Shown in pieces: positions 42,152-53,806 of a stretch of DNA of 64,000 bases. Made by a program: the position numbers and the translations under genes. Each line of letters begins with the position of its first letter. The stretch's first letter is position 1. The stretch comes from Phoronis australis (taxonomy: Eukaryota > Animalia > Phoronida): the NCBI GenBank assembly GCA_002633005.1, contig NMRA01000463.1, positions 248,001 to 312,000 of the forward strand, in the 5' to 3' direction. The notes under the pieces were generated by a model. It searched no databases. It saw only the letters and a program-made list of their open reading frames with translations, and was not told the DNA's origin.

Positions 42152-42220
42152 GAACGCATGCGGTTGAGGAAGCGCGTTTTTCCAGATAAAACGCAAATTG
42201 CCTACCTTCCCCAAAAATGA
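42152..42220 (+). pseudogene. C-terminal remnant of a Polinton/Maverick packaging (FtsK/A32-like) ATPase
   Basis: ERMRLRKRVFPDKTQIAYLPQK* resembles the RLRT.IFP.E....Y.PK C-terminus I recall for Polinton ATPases; supported by the two adjacent genes. Confidence 0.55.
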
Positions 42221-42277
42221 AATAGACCCGTAAGCTATGAGTTACGTCAGTCGAAGTCCAGCCTTTGCTCGCGTAAG

Positions 42278-42622
42278 ATGCCCTCTGAAAGGTTGAGGAG
42301 ACATTCGGATACACTCAAACTACTATCCAAGTGTGAACCTATTATCGTCTAAACAGTAATTAAACACGCCGACAAAGATCGCATCCATAGTAATTGCGAA
42401 GTAGCGGTCAACGAATTGAATGAAAATCTACCACTGACCCCCAATCAAACATCGAAGCTTCGTAAACACAAAACAAGCCTGCGCACTCTTGTAAAGAAGA
42501 AGACGCCTCTGAAAACTGAAAGGCATATTTTACAACGAGGCGGATTGGTCAGAGCAGTATAAGCGCTTCTCATCGGTGGCTTGGCAGGAACAATTCTTCC
42601 CGGGTTATTCGGTCGAAGGTAA
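42278..42622 (+). pseudogene. Polinton/adintovirus small basic protein with GG-flanked amphipathic C-terminus; 2 in-frame stops
   Basis: MPSERLRRHSDTLKLLSKCEPIIV*TVIKHADKDRIHSNCEVAVNELNENLPLTPNQTSKLRKHKTSLRTLVKKKTPLKTERHILQRGGLVRAV*ALLIGGLAGTILPGLFGRR*; matches the recalled Maverick pattern CE.A.N.L.GN.PL...Q..KL..HK..LR.L...QKGGFL. Confidence 0.75.
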
Positions 42623-42623
42623 A

Positions 42624-42840
42624 ATGGGGAACGCTAAGAAAATATCTCCCGTTGATCCTCGTTTATTAGAATCACTCTCCACACCTATATCGCCGCCTAC
42701 CCTTCCCGTCGAAGCTTTGAGTGGGTTGGACCAATACATGCAAAAATCGTGGAGCGGAAAGACGTTGATGGATATGAAAAAGAAGACCATCCGCTTGAAC
42801 ATGACGCTTCAAAGACGATTCGTAGCCTTTTACGTAAATA
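42624..42840 (+). pseudogene. 5' part of the next conserved Polinton hypothetical gene, truncated
   Basis: ATG 1 nt after the previous stop; MGNAKKISPVDPRLLESL...LSGLDQYMQK resembles the recalled MEHAKKM.LVDPR.L...L..LD..M..IL Maverick ORF. Confidence 0.65.
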
Positions 42841-42849
42841 AGCCTCCAG

Positions 42850-43068
42850 AAGCATTTGAACCTTTAAATGGAAACAAAATGGCCGCCACAGCCGCCATCT
42901 TGGATCCGATTTTGATGAAAAACAATAGGCTTCCAGTACTTCCGGAAGTACGTGTTGTGTGTAAATTTCGTGATGATCTGGCGAAAATTGCGATCTGTAT
43001 CGTGCGAACAAACAAAAAAACTTAGTGGAAGAGCAACATACTTGGCGAAATTTATTTCGCCAAGTAAT
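42850..43068 (+). mobile_element. 3' part of a Helentron-like non-autonomous element
   Basis: AAAATGGCCGCC...GCCGCCATCTTGGA core, ACAA short repeat, and terminal hairpin TACTTGGCGAAAT-TT-ATTTCGCCAAGTA (43039-43066). Confidence 0.65.
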
Positions 43069-43399
43069 AAAGGTTTAGCAACTATTATAGCTTACTACAC
43101 ATTTTATTATGCTAATACATAAATATATCGTCTGCAAAAGTAGGTTACCGCTAGTAACTGACTATAATGCTCAAGTCAAAGGATCCTGACCACACGACAC
43201 CTGCATTCAAGTTGGAGGTCGGTAATTTACAAGTGAGAGAACACGAGAGAAAAATTTCACTGAATTAAAAGATCGTTTTTATGGAAATTATGCGTCTTAT
43301 TTTTCATAGCGTATAAATGTTGGTGCAATGCCCTTTGCTGAACATGCAATTGTTGCGCGTGCTCATTTGAGTATTCTATTTTCACGTTCGATGACGTCA

Positions 43400-43510
43400 G
43401 CCGCTGAGTGGGCTAGGGGTAAATTCGGCAACTCGCAACTCTTGAGGCCGGGTTCGAATCCGGCCTCGGTTTCCCGCCAAAATGTTGTCTCACTAGTGAG
43501 GTAACTTTAT
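43400..43510 (+). mobile_element. tRNA-derived SINE head
   Basis: Box A-like TGGGCTAGGGGTA and box B GGTTCGAATCC (43451-43461) inside the hairpin GAGGCCGG...CCGGCCTC; no full cloverleaf. Confidence 0.55.
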
Positions 43511-43922
43511 GGCTTATTACACGGTTGTATCTGACTTTCGAGGCTGATATTGTGGTATAATTTAAGTTATGTAGCATTTTTGATACCTTTCATACTCGAC
43601 TTTCGCATGACCGTTCAAATACGTCTTAAGCAACTATATGGTGTTGCATTGAGCCGGTGGTGTCACGTTTTCAACTTATTGTTGTAGTTTAAGTATGCAT
43701 GAATGTCTGCAGAAAGGAAACTCATTCCTATACATGTAAACCAGTATCGTGATAAAAACGTCAAAGGACTCTGCAATTAGGATTCCCGGAAAAACACTTG
43801 CAGTCCAACTTACTACACAGATTGAAATAACTGAGATTTGTTTGATTCTATGACACCAACCACGTAAATTTAACAGCTTCAAACTTCAAAATAATACCTA
43901 CTGCTGCGGCGACTTCGTTATT

Positions 43923-44432
43923 GGGGAAAGTGTCGGTGGAAAAATACAAGCGTAAATATGTACATTGCGCAATTATTTACGTCGTTCATTACGCTGTGAA
44001 ATTACAAGCGTAATTTAATTTTTATGGCGTAAAATTACGCTCGTGATTTTAGTTTAAACTCGACAATTAAATTTGGTTGTACAAACTCGCGGTCCCAAGC
44101 GCTCATGTAAATACTTATTTACTGACAGGTTCTATAGCTACGCTAGTAGTGCTGAATCATGACGAATCAAATCACGGCTGCATGTCATTTACAATTCGCT
44201 GCACGTCCAACAGAAAGTCATTTCCATGTCCATCCGTAGCCATATTACTTTTTCGTGTACGTTAGGTTAGCACTGATTGATTTAAATTTGAAACGTTCTT
44301 AAGGAATTTTTTTACCGTAATTTACGACTACATTTCCCACATTTAATTTACGAACGTAATTTTACTGCAACACTTTTGCAATTTAATTTACGCTCGTAAT
44401 TAAGAGCGTAATTTTACGGCGACACTTCCCCC
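43923..44432. mobile_element. ~510-bp MITE with TIRs and subterminal AATTAC/GTAATT motifs
   Basis: GGGGAAAGTGTCG ... CGACACTTCCCC ends; repeated AATT(T)ACG / CGTAATT near both ends. Confidence 0.65.
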
Positions 44433-44874
44433 TCAACGGCCCACCATCAGAATGACTTATTAGACCCGATTTCCACATTTGACATATGTGCGACCGCCCA
44501 TCTACCAGTAAAAAGGTTCCTGAAGTACGATAACATGCAATTTAATGTAATTAATTTTAATTGATGAATAAAGACTATATCAGAAATCACATCTTGATTA
44601 CTCTTTCACAATTTTTTAAAAAAGCGTTTTCCAATCTTAATTCCTATTAGCTAACGCGCGTCTGACGTCACTGAGGATGTACCGTGGGTGAAGGCAATAA
44701 GATAAATCAAGCACATTACGTATAGCTCATTGGGTGAATGCCTCTTGGCTACTGAACTGTGCTTAATGTGTATAATTCGTTTGCGATCTCGGCTCTCAAA
44801 AGTTCACAATACAAGTTTACTGCCGTGTAGTGTCGACTATTAGTGGAACGATGCCGTTCTCGGCACGGGCCAGG

Positions 44875-45095
44875 AATGGGCTCCGACTGCGTAGCTTTAC
44901 CTTGGTGCGAGCTGTATTGTAAATATACAGTGGCCGTTGCACCGGCGTGGGTAAAAACTGATCAAATAAAATTTGGCACAATATTAGTGTTATGAAATTT
45001 AAACTTTTCCTTGAGTAAACTAAATTATTGACCGGTGTTGAAAAAACTGGCATTCTGCCGATCACTCTGCTGCTAAAATTTGGGTGCGCTCTTTA
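44875..45095 (-). repeat. Inverted homolog of 25640-25815, ending at CTTTAA (possible TTAA-target, Kolobok-like terminus)
   Basis: Sequence similarity seen by eye; the superfamily assignment is only a guess from the terminus. Confidence 0.55.
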
Positions 45096-45229
45096 AGTAA
45101 AAAATGAACTTAAGTCAGTTTATTGGAACAGGTCCCTGTTCTGTATTTGACACGTGTTAGTATGTTTTGGATGAAATGGCGAGGGTTGGATTATAAATTA
45201 AAAAGAAAATCTCCAGTTATACCGCACCA

Positions 45230-46740
45230 TTTAAAATATTCTATTTATTGTCTTCAAGGCACGCTTTGCCAATGATGCGTAATATATAGTGAGGCCACAA
45301 TTAGGTCTAGATTGCTACTTAAGTCATGGAACACGGAACTCCAGTGGTGTCCATGTTCTATTGATAACAATTTTGAATACGACGTCAAAGGTATTCTTAC
45401 AAATATAGGAGCATTTGTGGGGGATAAAATTTCGCATTGAAAATATGTATAACAACTTTAGTATTACTTTCTGTGAAACAAACAAAGACAAACCGACTTT
45501 TAAAAGGTAGGCCTACTATAGAAACCTTTACATGGTTCAATCAAGAGTTTGATGTTCTCTGTGGTGACTATGTAGTCCAGAATTGCGATGCTGAGTTTTC
45601 CAATTATGTGCATAATAATGCAAAATCGAATTTAAGATTTCGATCTGAAGAATTCATTTAACCTAGTCGATGCATGGAGAGTAATACTAGGATCAAAGTT
45701 TCCAGTGGTTTAAAAAACCTCAAAATGGCTAGATTGTATTATTCCCTTGTAAACGGAGATCTTCTGAGCACTGTACTAGGTAACGTAACGTATAAACGGG
45801 GTATAAAACGGATCACTCAAACATCTTTCTTACTTTAAAAGGGTGGTGGTTTTGGCGCTTTAATAACTCTGTTAGGAGACGACCAGGTCATAGCTGGAGG
45901 TAATACAGTGATTTTATATATTGTTTGTAAACTCCCTTACAATAAGTACCGCTTTCTTATGTGAGGTACTTACAGTGATGAGTGTGGGTTTGCTTGCGAC
46001 CACGTTGTGTCATAGTATATAACAGCAATGACGTCACATCTTATGGTGTGAAAAGTAAGCAAAATCAAACAAAAACACCCCAAAAAGAAGTAATTTAAAG
46101 ATGTAACCTTTTTAAGTTTTGTTTCATAAGAGAAAATATCTATTTGGGAGAAATCGCTGCAGCATTGCAATACTTAATTCAAACAACGCAGAGAAACTAT
46201 GCAAAAGGTTTGATTCTCCGCTCCATTTGTAAATTAAAGGGAAAGTAAAAAAAAACTACGAAGTATTTTTCTCCAATCTAGCAAAGTATTTTGATGAAAC
46301 AACAATTACTAGATTAATTAAGTATTCGGTTAAAATTCTGGGGAACCGAAACGAAATACAAAACTTCTATCAGTATTTTATTCAACATCATCTACATCGA
46401 AGTTTAAAATTTTGAAAATTGAAAATGTTAAAAAGATCAGTGATGTGGATAGAACAAGACTAGATTGTGATATTCGTTTATAAGAAATGGATGCAGCGCT
46501 AAAAGGGTTAACCGTTGAATTTGATAAATACCTTTGGAGCGAGTTACTTTACATTTTTTGTTTAGATTATTTAAATATAGTATTAAAAAACTCCTCCTCA
46601 TTCACAGGTACAGCAAGTAATTAAATTTTTACCAAGGGCCAAAAGCCCCGCAATTTTAAAAAGAATGGCGCCTTATTTCTGTGCTAAGTATAAACTAACA
46701 CGTTCTATCCTAATGTTTAGCGTATCAACTAAAATCCCGA
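45230..46740 (+). mobile_element. Heavily decayed L1/Tx1-like LINE ORF2 (endonuclease to start of RT)
   Basis: Collinear broken motifs YCLQ, SHGTRNSSGV, NNFEY, LVDAWRV, ARL.Y, TDHS, GGGFWRFNNS and KEWRLISVL (cf. KNWRPISLL); may extend to ~48 kb. Confidence 0.7.
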
Positions 46741-48442
46741 TTTCCCCACATGTGTTTGTGTTATGCGCTAAACTCGAGAGATATGGTTAAATTGGCATAG
46801 CACGTGAAAAACATACTAAATTCCATTATCCAAAGTGGTTCTTTGCCACTCAAACAGAATATAAAATCTATGAATGTTTCCGGTTGGTTCGTAAAGATTT
46901 TGAAGTTCTGTTAATCTGAAAGTATTTTCCCTTTAGCCTCAAATTTCAAAGGAAAATGATTTGTCAAGTGCTCGCCACTTTGTCGATTTTTCTCCCACAC
47001 GGCAAACCACGGCTCCTTATTTGGTATGACAGGACGTAAACGTAGCACCTTTCTCTCATTATGTTGTGGAAGAATGTGACTTTTGACCTTTGATGTAAAC
47101 AAGGGCGAGTTCAAGCCGCGGCCAGTCCGACTTCTTTGAGCGCATGGGCTCATACATATTACTAGGGTCGAAAACCTTGAAAAATTCACTGGCATGCAAA
47201 GTTTTCGTTTCGTCTATATTTCAAAAACTAGTGGATCTGACTTTTCTCTAAGAACTCTTGCAATATTCAAAGTGAATAACACTTACGTTAGCATCCCCAA
47301 AAAGTAGATTCGCCACAATCTGTTTGAATGGTATTTTTTACAAGTTTTCGAGGTTGATGCCTCTTTATAGGTTGTCGTGGAGATAATGACATCCTTTTGG
47401 AAGTCGAGAATTTAAAGTAAAAACTCAGCATCACTTAAAAATTGTTGCATCGCTTGGACCAATTCGCAAACTTCTCTGATCTCAAATTCCTATAAAGATA
47501 AGAATTTATCAGGATCGGTTACATGAAATAGAGAACGTCAACCCTGAGTGTTCAAAAACGTTAAAATGATCGATCAAAACCTAACTTTTCAACATTAGGA
47601 ATTAATGCCAATATAGATTTATATAAAATTATTGATTTAAATTTTTAGCTAAAATATGTGTTGTGAAACAAAATCCTGCTGCCATGAGTCGCCCTCAGTC
47701 TCACTACCCCAGTGACGTACTTATCAAGAAATAACAAAAACGTTTCTTTGGATTTATATGGAGTCACATAAAAGATAAAATTGCCAGAAATAAAATAATT
47801 AAATAATAATTAAATAATTAAACGCGAAAACCATAGTTTAAACATACATAACTGATATCACGTCGTTTACAAAAATTCGAAAAAAAATTCGTTTAATGAA
47901 CATAATGATTGGGCAAAGAAAGAAATTCTCCAAAATTCAACAAATTTCTACTGGACATCTGGAAAAAACTATTTTTGAAGGAGATCATGCTTTTAAACTA
48001 AGCACAAACATAAAAACGCAAGGGAGGTAATTAACAGGTACTCAAGTATAGTACAAATCCCGGAAAGGACGACCGATGATCAGACAAGATCAGGAGAGGC
48101 TTCCAGGGTAGGGTAAGCTCGATTTGGTACCTGGAAGTCCATATTAAATGTACATAAATAAAAGGACTCATCAAACCCTCACGTTGATTTTAAATACGGT
48201 AGGAAGACACGAATCTAATGAAACAGAACTAGTGTGCGGTACACACCTGTAAGTTGCTCATTTAGGAGAGGTTTTTGTGCATGATCGATGAGAATTACAA
48301 TTGAAAATTTTTAACCGGAATATGTCAATTTCAATATAGCAAATACTGTTATTGTCTGCAATTTCTTGTCGATTTTTTCGGCCATTTTGGTGCAGGAATG
48401 ATCTTGAATGGGCCCGCCCAGCAAGTGCATGGAAAACTGTAG

Positions 48443-49525
48443 GTAGAGGGAACACACCGCGGACGTAACGTTGCTCACGAGAATGAGGACGAAAGTCAAA
48501 GCGATAAATTTAGCTCATTGACCAAGACATTCGTCCATGAGACACGCGAATTGGTATTAAGCAATATTTTATCTGGCCTCCCATCGTAGTCTTTCACGAC
48601 TGGGGTTGTCTTTTTATTAAACAAGAGTGAACCGCAAGCTGGCCTTGTTTCGTTAGCTTTGTGGGCTACCCACCGTGTGATACATTTACACCCTCTTTTA
48701 ATAATATGCACCTCTTTCATGGGCGGCGAACAACGGCGTGGGAGCTGGGGGATTATAGTCCTCCACTTATTTCAGTGTTGCGCCGCCCATTGGCATGGAC
48801 GGCACGCACCATTGGGGGCTGGGGGGGGGTTGCTAAAGGCCCCCTAATATTGCAGTGCTGCGCCTCACTTCTTTTTATATTGCCACCTTGTATTTCACTG
48901 TTTATTTTGCGTAGTATATGTTCATTTCACTTGTTCATTTTTACCTGATGATTAGATATGCGGTCACGAAAATTAGCGAGTGTTTTAATTCGTTTGCCTG
49001 TTAAGTCCTTCGGAATTTTGCTTTCTGCGTCTAAAGATAGCAGAAAATTATAGACACTATGAGCGAATTTGTGTTAAGCTTTCAATCATAAAGTCCAGAA
49101 GTGTTTTCAACAAAGTTTGTGTTAACGAAGGGATGCCACCGAACTATACTGAAAACACTGTGAGACATTCATTCGAAAATTCGCAATTGTTATAATGTTC
49201 TAACACGTAAATTTCTATTACAGAGGGACTTGGCAGCTGTGACCGGCCATCGAGAACACGAAAGTGAAATATTCATTGACCACGGACAGGCGCTTCATAT
49301 TTCGGTTGGTATCGCGGGTTTGGTATATGGCATAATACGACAAAGCACTGACCATCAAATACAGAGTATATCACGTGTTGTTAAAAGATAATAATTCCTC
49401 TGCGACTAACTTAAAATCTTCGTGAATCCAAAAAACAAAGTTGGTTCTGATATCATCGCAGTTTCGTTTTGAGACTTGCGTCTCGTTATTTAAAGAAACA
49501 AAATCACCCCAAGACTCCCATGCAG
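48443..49525 (+). CDS. Gene 2 candidate prodomain exons 48443-48553, 49224-49304 and 49496-49525
   Basis: Three open, phase 0-0, AG/GT-bounded segments directly upstream of the confident pro-exon; no diagnostic motif. Confidence 0.35.
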
Positions 49526-50045
49526 GTAAGCTTTCAAGCGCTGGCTGGCCGTCAATGGCAAGGTATGCGCACTCTTAAGTCACGTGCATAAGTTGGCCAT
49601 TTTAGGTTGACTAACTGCTTAATGGCACCCGGAATTTTAAGCAGTGCATGGGTTTCCAGCCCTTAATTGGCATGTGTTTCTGCGTTTTCCAGTCACCATG
49701 CTAGATGCAGTTCCGCCTCGTTCTGAAACTTGCGAAATCATTCTGGCACGTGACCTACTGTATTTGAAAAAAGGACAAATTTTACAGCAAACTGCGAAAC
49801 GATCAAATAAGTTGGTTCGTTCTCTTTTGTTGCCCAACATACGGTTGCTATTCTTTTGAAATAACAACGACTTTAATCACCTGCAAACATAACATGTTCA
49901 ATGCCAATCAGAATGTGAAATGCATGATAGTAGAACAAAATGAACAAACTACAAATTTACAACAAAGAATGTTTCAATAACATGTACTTATCGACTGGTA
50001 CTTAAACTAGAAAGTGATTTTTGTTCAAATTCTGCCATTTTGCAG

Positions 50046-50141
50046 AAGTATGGGCCTACAGGCGTGACGAACACGGACGAGAAGGGTCTGGACCCCAATG
50101 CCTACCTAGGTGACATCCTGCTTACGGATGCAGAAAAGGAG
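50046..50141 (+). CDS. Gene 2 (astacin paralog) prodomain exon with aspartate-switch motif
   Basis: gcAG KYGPTGVTNTDEKGLDPNAYLGDILLTDAEKE GTAATT; YLGDI matches the astacin F-x-G-D-I latency motif. Confidence 0.85.
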
Positions 50142-50922
50142 GTAATTGGTGTAAGCATTCCTTACGCACTTTATGCAACCGCAAGAGACTCTTGCAGGCC
50201 CACCTAAATTGGCCACAGCCGTTGCAAAGTTAACAGAGCGTGAGCCAGTTTCATTCTATACTGGAATTGCTGGCACCCCTAAATTTTAGTTTAAGCATTC
50301 TGTGACTCTCCGTCTCTACCTATCCGCCTCTCTCTCCTCCGTCCCTTCCCCCTTCCCCTCCCCCTCCCCCTGCAGGTTCAGCCCTAGCGTCACCGGAGAA
50401 TATTCAGGTTTTGATGACGACACCGTCCTCGAGCGAAGGCGGGCGGCAAATGTTCGCGTTTTTATACGACAGTATGCTATTATTAGCTTGCATAAACTAT
50501 TGGAAGTCGTTAGTGCTCGGTTTTGCTGGCATCATCTGTACGTGAACATTCTGTAGCCACAACTTCCACCTTCTCAGTCATCGCCAATCTCCCACACTAC
50601 CCCACCATAGGTGTGGAAGTTTTCTATTTGGAGGCAAGCCACGGCGAGGCAGCCACTGGGAATGGCTATTCTGCTCCAACAAACTTTTGCTCGCTCTCCA
50701 GATCCGTATAGCCGTATAATCCGAAATAGAGTCATCGTCTGTTGGCTAAATTTGTTTACACGATCAGCGGCTTGTGTAGCTGCTACAAAATTCAGATGAT
50801 CACGTACAGCGACACCTGGCAACTAAATAGTGATTTTCCAAGGCTCACCAGGTAACATCACCTCAACAGAAATCCTCCGGAAATCGGTAGACAGAAGTAT
50901 CAGTAATAGTTGACGTAAAATG

Positions 50923-51010
50923 GATATATATATACATATACATATGCATATATATATATATATATATATATATACACGCACACATATATCTATATGTATA
51001 TGTATATATG
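50923..51010. repeat. Compound TA-rich microsatellite
   Basis: Direct reading. Confidence 0.9.
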
Positions 51011-51169
51011 TAGCCAGTGTAGTAGTATTTGTACCGGAAAAGACGCTTTTCCAAAACTGTACAGTTATGTACAGCACCAAATTGCCCCAAGATCCCAGGT
51101 TCATAAGTTACCACAGTCCGTGTCATTCTAAAACTGTCATATTGGTTACTTTTTCTTGATTCATTTCAG

Positions 51170-51378
51170 CAAATCGCCAAACGAAGAGTTGTCGACAGCG
51201 CGTATTTGTGGCCAAATGTCGTTATACCGTGGACGTTCGACGCCAGCCGCTCGTTTGAGCACCAAGCCTCACGTGACAAAATTTGGGACGCCATTTACCA
51301 TTGGCAGAATTTGACTTGCCTACGATTCCCTTACGGGAACACCTACTCAAGTTATCTGAATATTGGCACAGGATCGGG
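51170..51378 (+). CDS. Gene 2 exon: basic cleavage site and start of astacin domain (paralog of 6263-6474)
   Basis: QIAKRRVVDSAYLWPNVVIPWTFDASRSFEHQASRDKIWDAIYHWQNLTCLRFPYGNTYSSYLNIGTGSG; same phases (0-2) as the gene 1 exon. Confidence 0.93.
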
Positions 51379-51817
51379 GTACGACATTTTTATCAAACTA
51401 AACCACCCAGTAGTGTGGCAGTCGGTGTACACAGATGCTATCATGCAAAATTGGATTCTACCGGTAGCGCTTTTCGGAGCTCACTCCGTCGTCATGGGGA
51501 CGCTTACAGTGTTTTCGCCATGACAGATCTCAAACTTACCGCTGTTACTGCTTGGGTACCTAATGTAATATTTAGGTCAGTGACATATTTAAGTATTCCC
51601 ACTGGCGAGGCACGTGTGTCTAATTCGGGAGAGAAAAAGGTGACCTAGGTTCGACGCAAATTTTCAGAAGTTGAGACCAGCCTAATCTATAGGAAAAAAA
51701 TTCATACAAGAATGTGGATAATTTTGACGATCTTAGTGCGCCTGAGTGGTCTTCAAATTGAAATATTCAAATATGTAGCCTTCTTTTGATACTGTGAATT
51801 GTATCATTTATATTTAG

Positions 51818-51898
51818 ATGCAGTTCGTACGTAGGTCACCACTCTGGCCCCAGACCATCGACTTACTGGAATATGAAAATGGACTAAGCTGCTTATGG
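51818..51898 (+). pseudogene. Gene 2 exon (paralog of 7500-7569) with an apparent 1-nt deletion
   Basis: CSSYVGHHSG in one frame and PQTIDLLEYENGLSCLW|GTGAGT in another; the exon is 81 nt where 3n+1 is required. Confidence 0.7.
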
Positions 51899-53702
51899 GT
51901 GAGTACACGGCTACATTCCATAGACCGCATTACGTTATTTTGCACTTGCATCAAGTCAATCCCAGAATTCAACAATCTATCCTCACCGACCAATTACTAC
52001 CTTGTCCTCCATTTCACTATGATAGTCTGCTTGTACATTGCCAAGCATACTGGTTAAAACTCGCCTATTATTCACGTGAGTGTGCGAGATTGAGTGAGGT
52101 CTTGTTTTCCTAAAAAATACTGTCGTCTAAAGCACTTCTGTTTTTGACTTTTCCCTCGCTTAAAATTTGAGTTCCACTTTCTTCCCACTTATGCATGCTC
52201 AAAGGCATATGTGAATACGTCAATGAATGCATTTCGCCATGTTTAAATGATTAAAAGTGAAAATCGAACTCGCCTTTCGATTTCACTACAATTTTTATCA
52301 TGAAAAGACATTATTTTCGTTACCAACAAAAACGTCAAAACCACCAGCGATTCAAGAACACTCCTGGTGAAACAGTTAAAGACCAAGGTTGTTCACATTT
52401 TGATAAAAGTAAAAAATTGTTGTGTTAGTCAAATTCGATGTGCTTGTAGAAATTAAAAGACCATCATAGTAAATAGCTACTATCTTGAATTTTGAAAAGT
52501 GGTGATTCAGCAATTTTTATATCGCATTTTTTATGTATTTATCATACAAAATCACAAACTTTAACGTAAAATCGTACATAATGAGCCACAGGAAGCACGT
52601 GTAATTTTTTCCAACGAAGAAAAGTGACTGCATTCATATTGCATTTTAAAATGGCGGCCAAAGGATCATTTTACATGTAAGTACATATGTACTGGTTGCT
52701 CATCTCATAGAAAGGTGACATTTTTGTCGAAACTTTCACGAGGCTGGTGATTTAAACTGAAGAAGCAATCATTACTTTCCAAACCCTGCCAATTATCAGT
52801 CATATTGGATTTTAAAACGGCGATCATATTGACTGAGTCAAAGTTTGGATTTTGGTTCAAAATTTTCACTTCGTGATGGAGTAATGAAAGTTGGTTCACA
52901 TGTCAATTTGAAACGCCTTGAACATCGGCACAAATTGTCGCCCCCAAAGTGTTGGAAGATAGCCAGGTTCTTTACAAAGGTAGTTTGGTAGGTATTCGGA
53001 TCCCAAGTATGAGAGAGGCCCATGAAATTATAAAAAATGCAAAACCAGGATGTATCAAGTTGAACAAGGAAAAGATTCAGGATGGTTGGTTACGATAACC
53101 ACGCCTTGTTTGAAGCATCGTTGACTTTGCAAACAATAACATTTGTGATACTAAGACCGTACTTCACTCCTCTCAACTCTCGGCAGCCCCACATCTCGAA
53201 CTCTGGATCGTAATTCATACACCCTGGAACACCCACCTCATCTCATCGACGGAGGAGTACTTCGTCAAAGTTAAGATTTTCCCATACATTTGCTTACACC
53301 AACATGCAGTACCGCGTACAGTTGTAGGTCTACTGTACATCCACTCAACCGCTCAATTTTGCTGAAAGTGAACGCTTTTAGGGGTCGATAATATGTGTCA
53401 TCAAATGGCAGCATATATTCTCAATCTCTACACGTAATGTCGCACCTTGACGACGAAAACATGTACCGGGTTCTACATTGTATGCAGTGATCGACGACCG
53501 GGTGACAATTTGAATCAATGTTAACGGTACAAATGCCACACTCGGCACCTGTTGTCGTCTGGGAGACAGACAATATGTGTCACAACCCATGCCAAGAAAA
53601 AATTAAGATCTGTTCTGTGAGTTGCTTAACATTAACATAGACATACATGTATCTGTCCAACGGTACTGTGACATAACGTCGCCTTTTCATGTTTTGATAA
53701 AA

Positions 53703-53806
<104 letters not shown>

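Noticed and set aside
42576-43025. 149-aa ORF as a real gene
   Set aside because: It is a chimera: the Polinton ORF from ATG 42624 reads through into a non-coding Helentron-like element.
43400-43470. tRNA gene
   Set aside because: Box B and the T-arm are present, but there is no pairing acceptor stem or anticodon arm; better explained as a SINE head.
50376-50460. Exon after the strong C-rich polypyrimidine tract in gene 2
   Set aside because: In the required phase 0 it reads GTT CAG CCC TAG (stop), and 50141 splices cleanly to 51170 without it.
52711-52755. AG-KG... segment as the gene 2 HExxH exon
   Set aside because: It reads KGDIFVETFTRLVI*, with no zinc motif.
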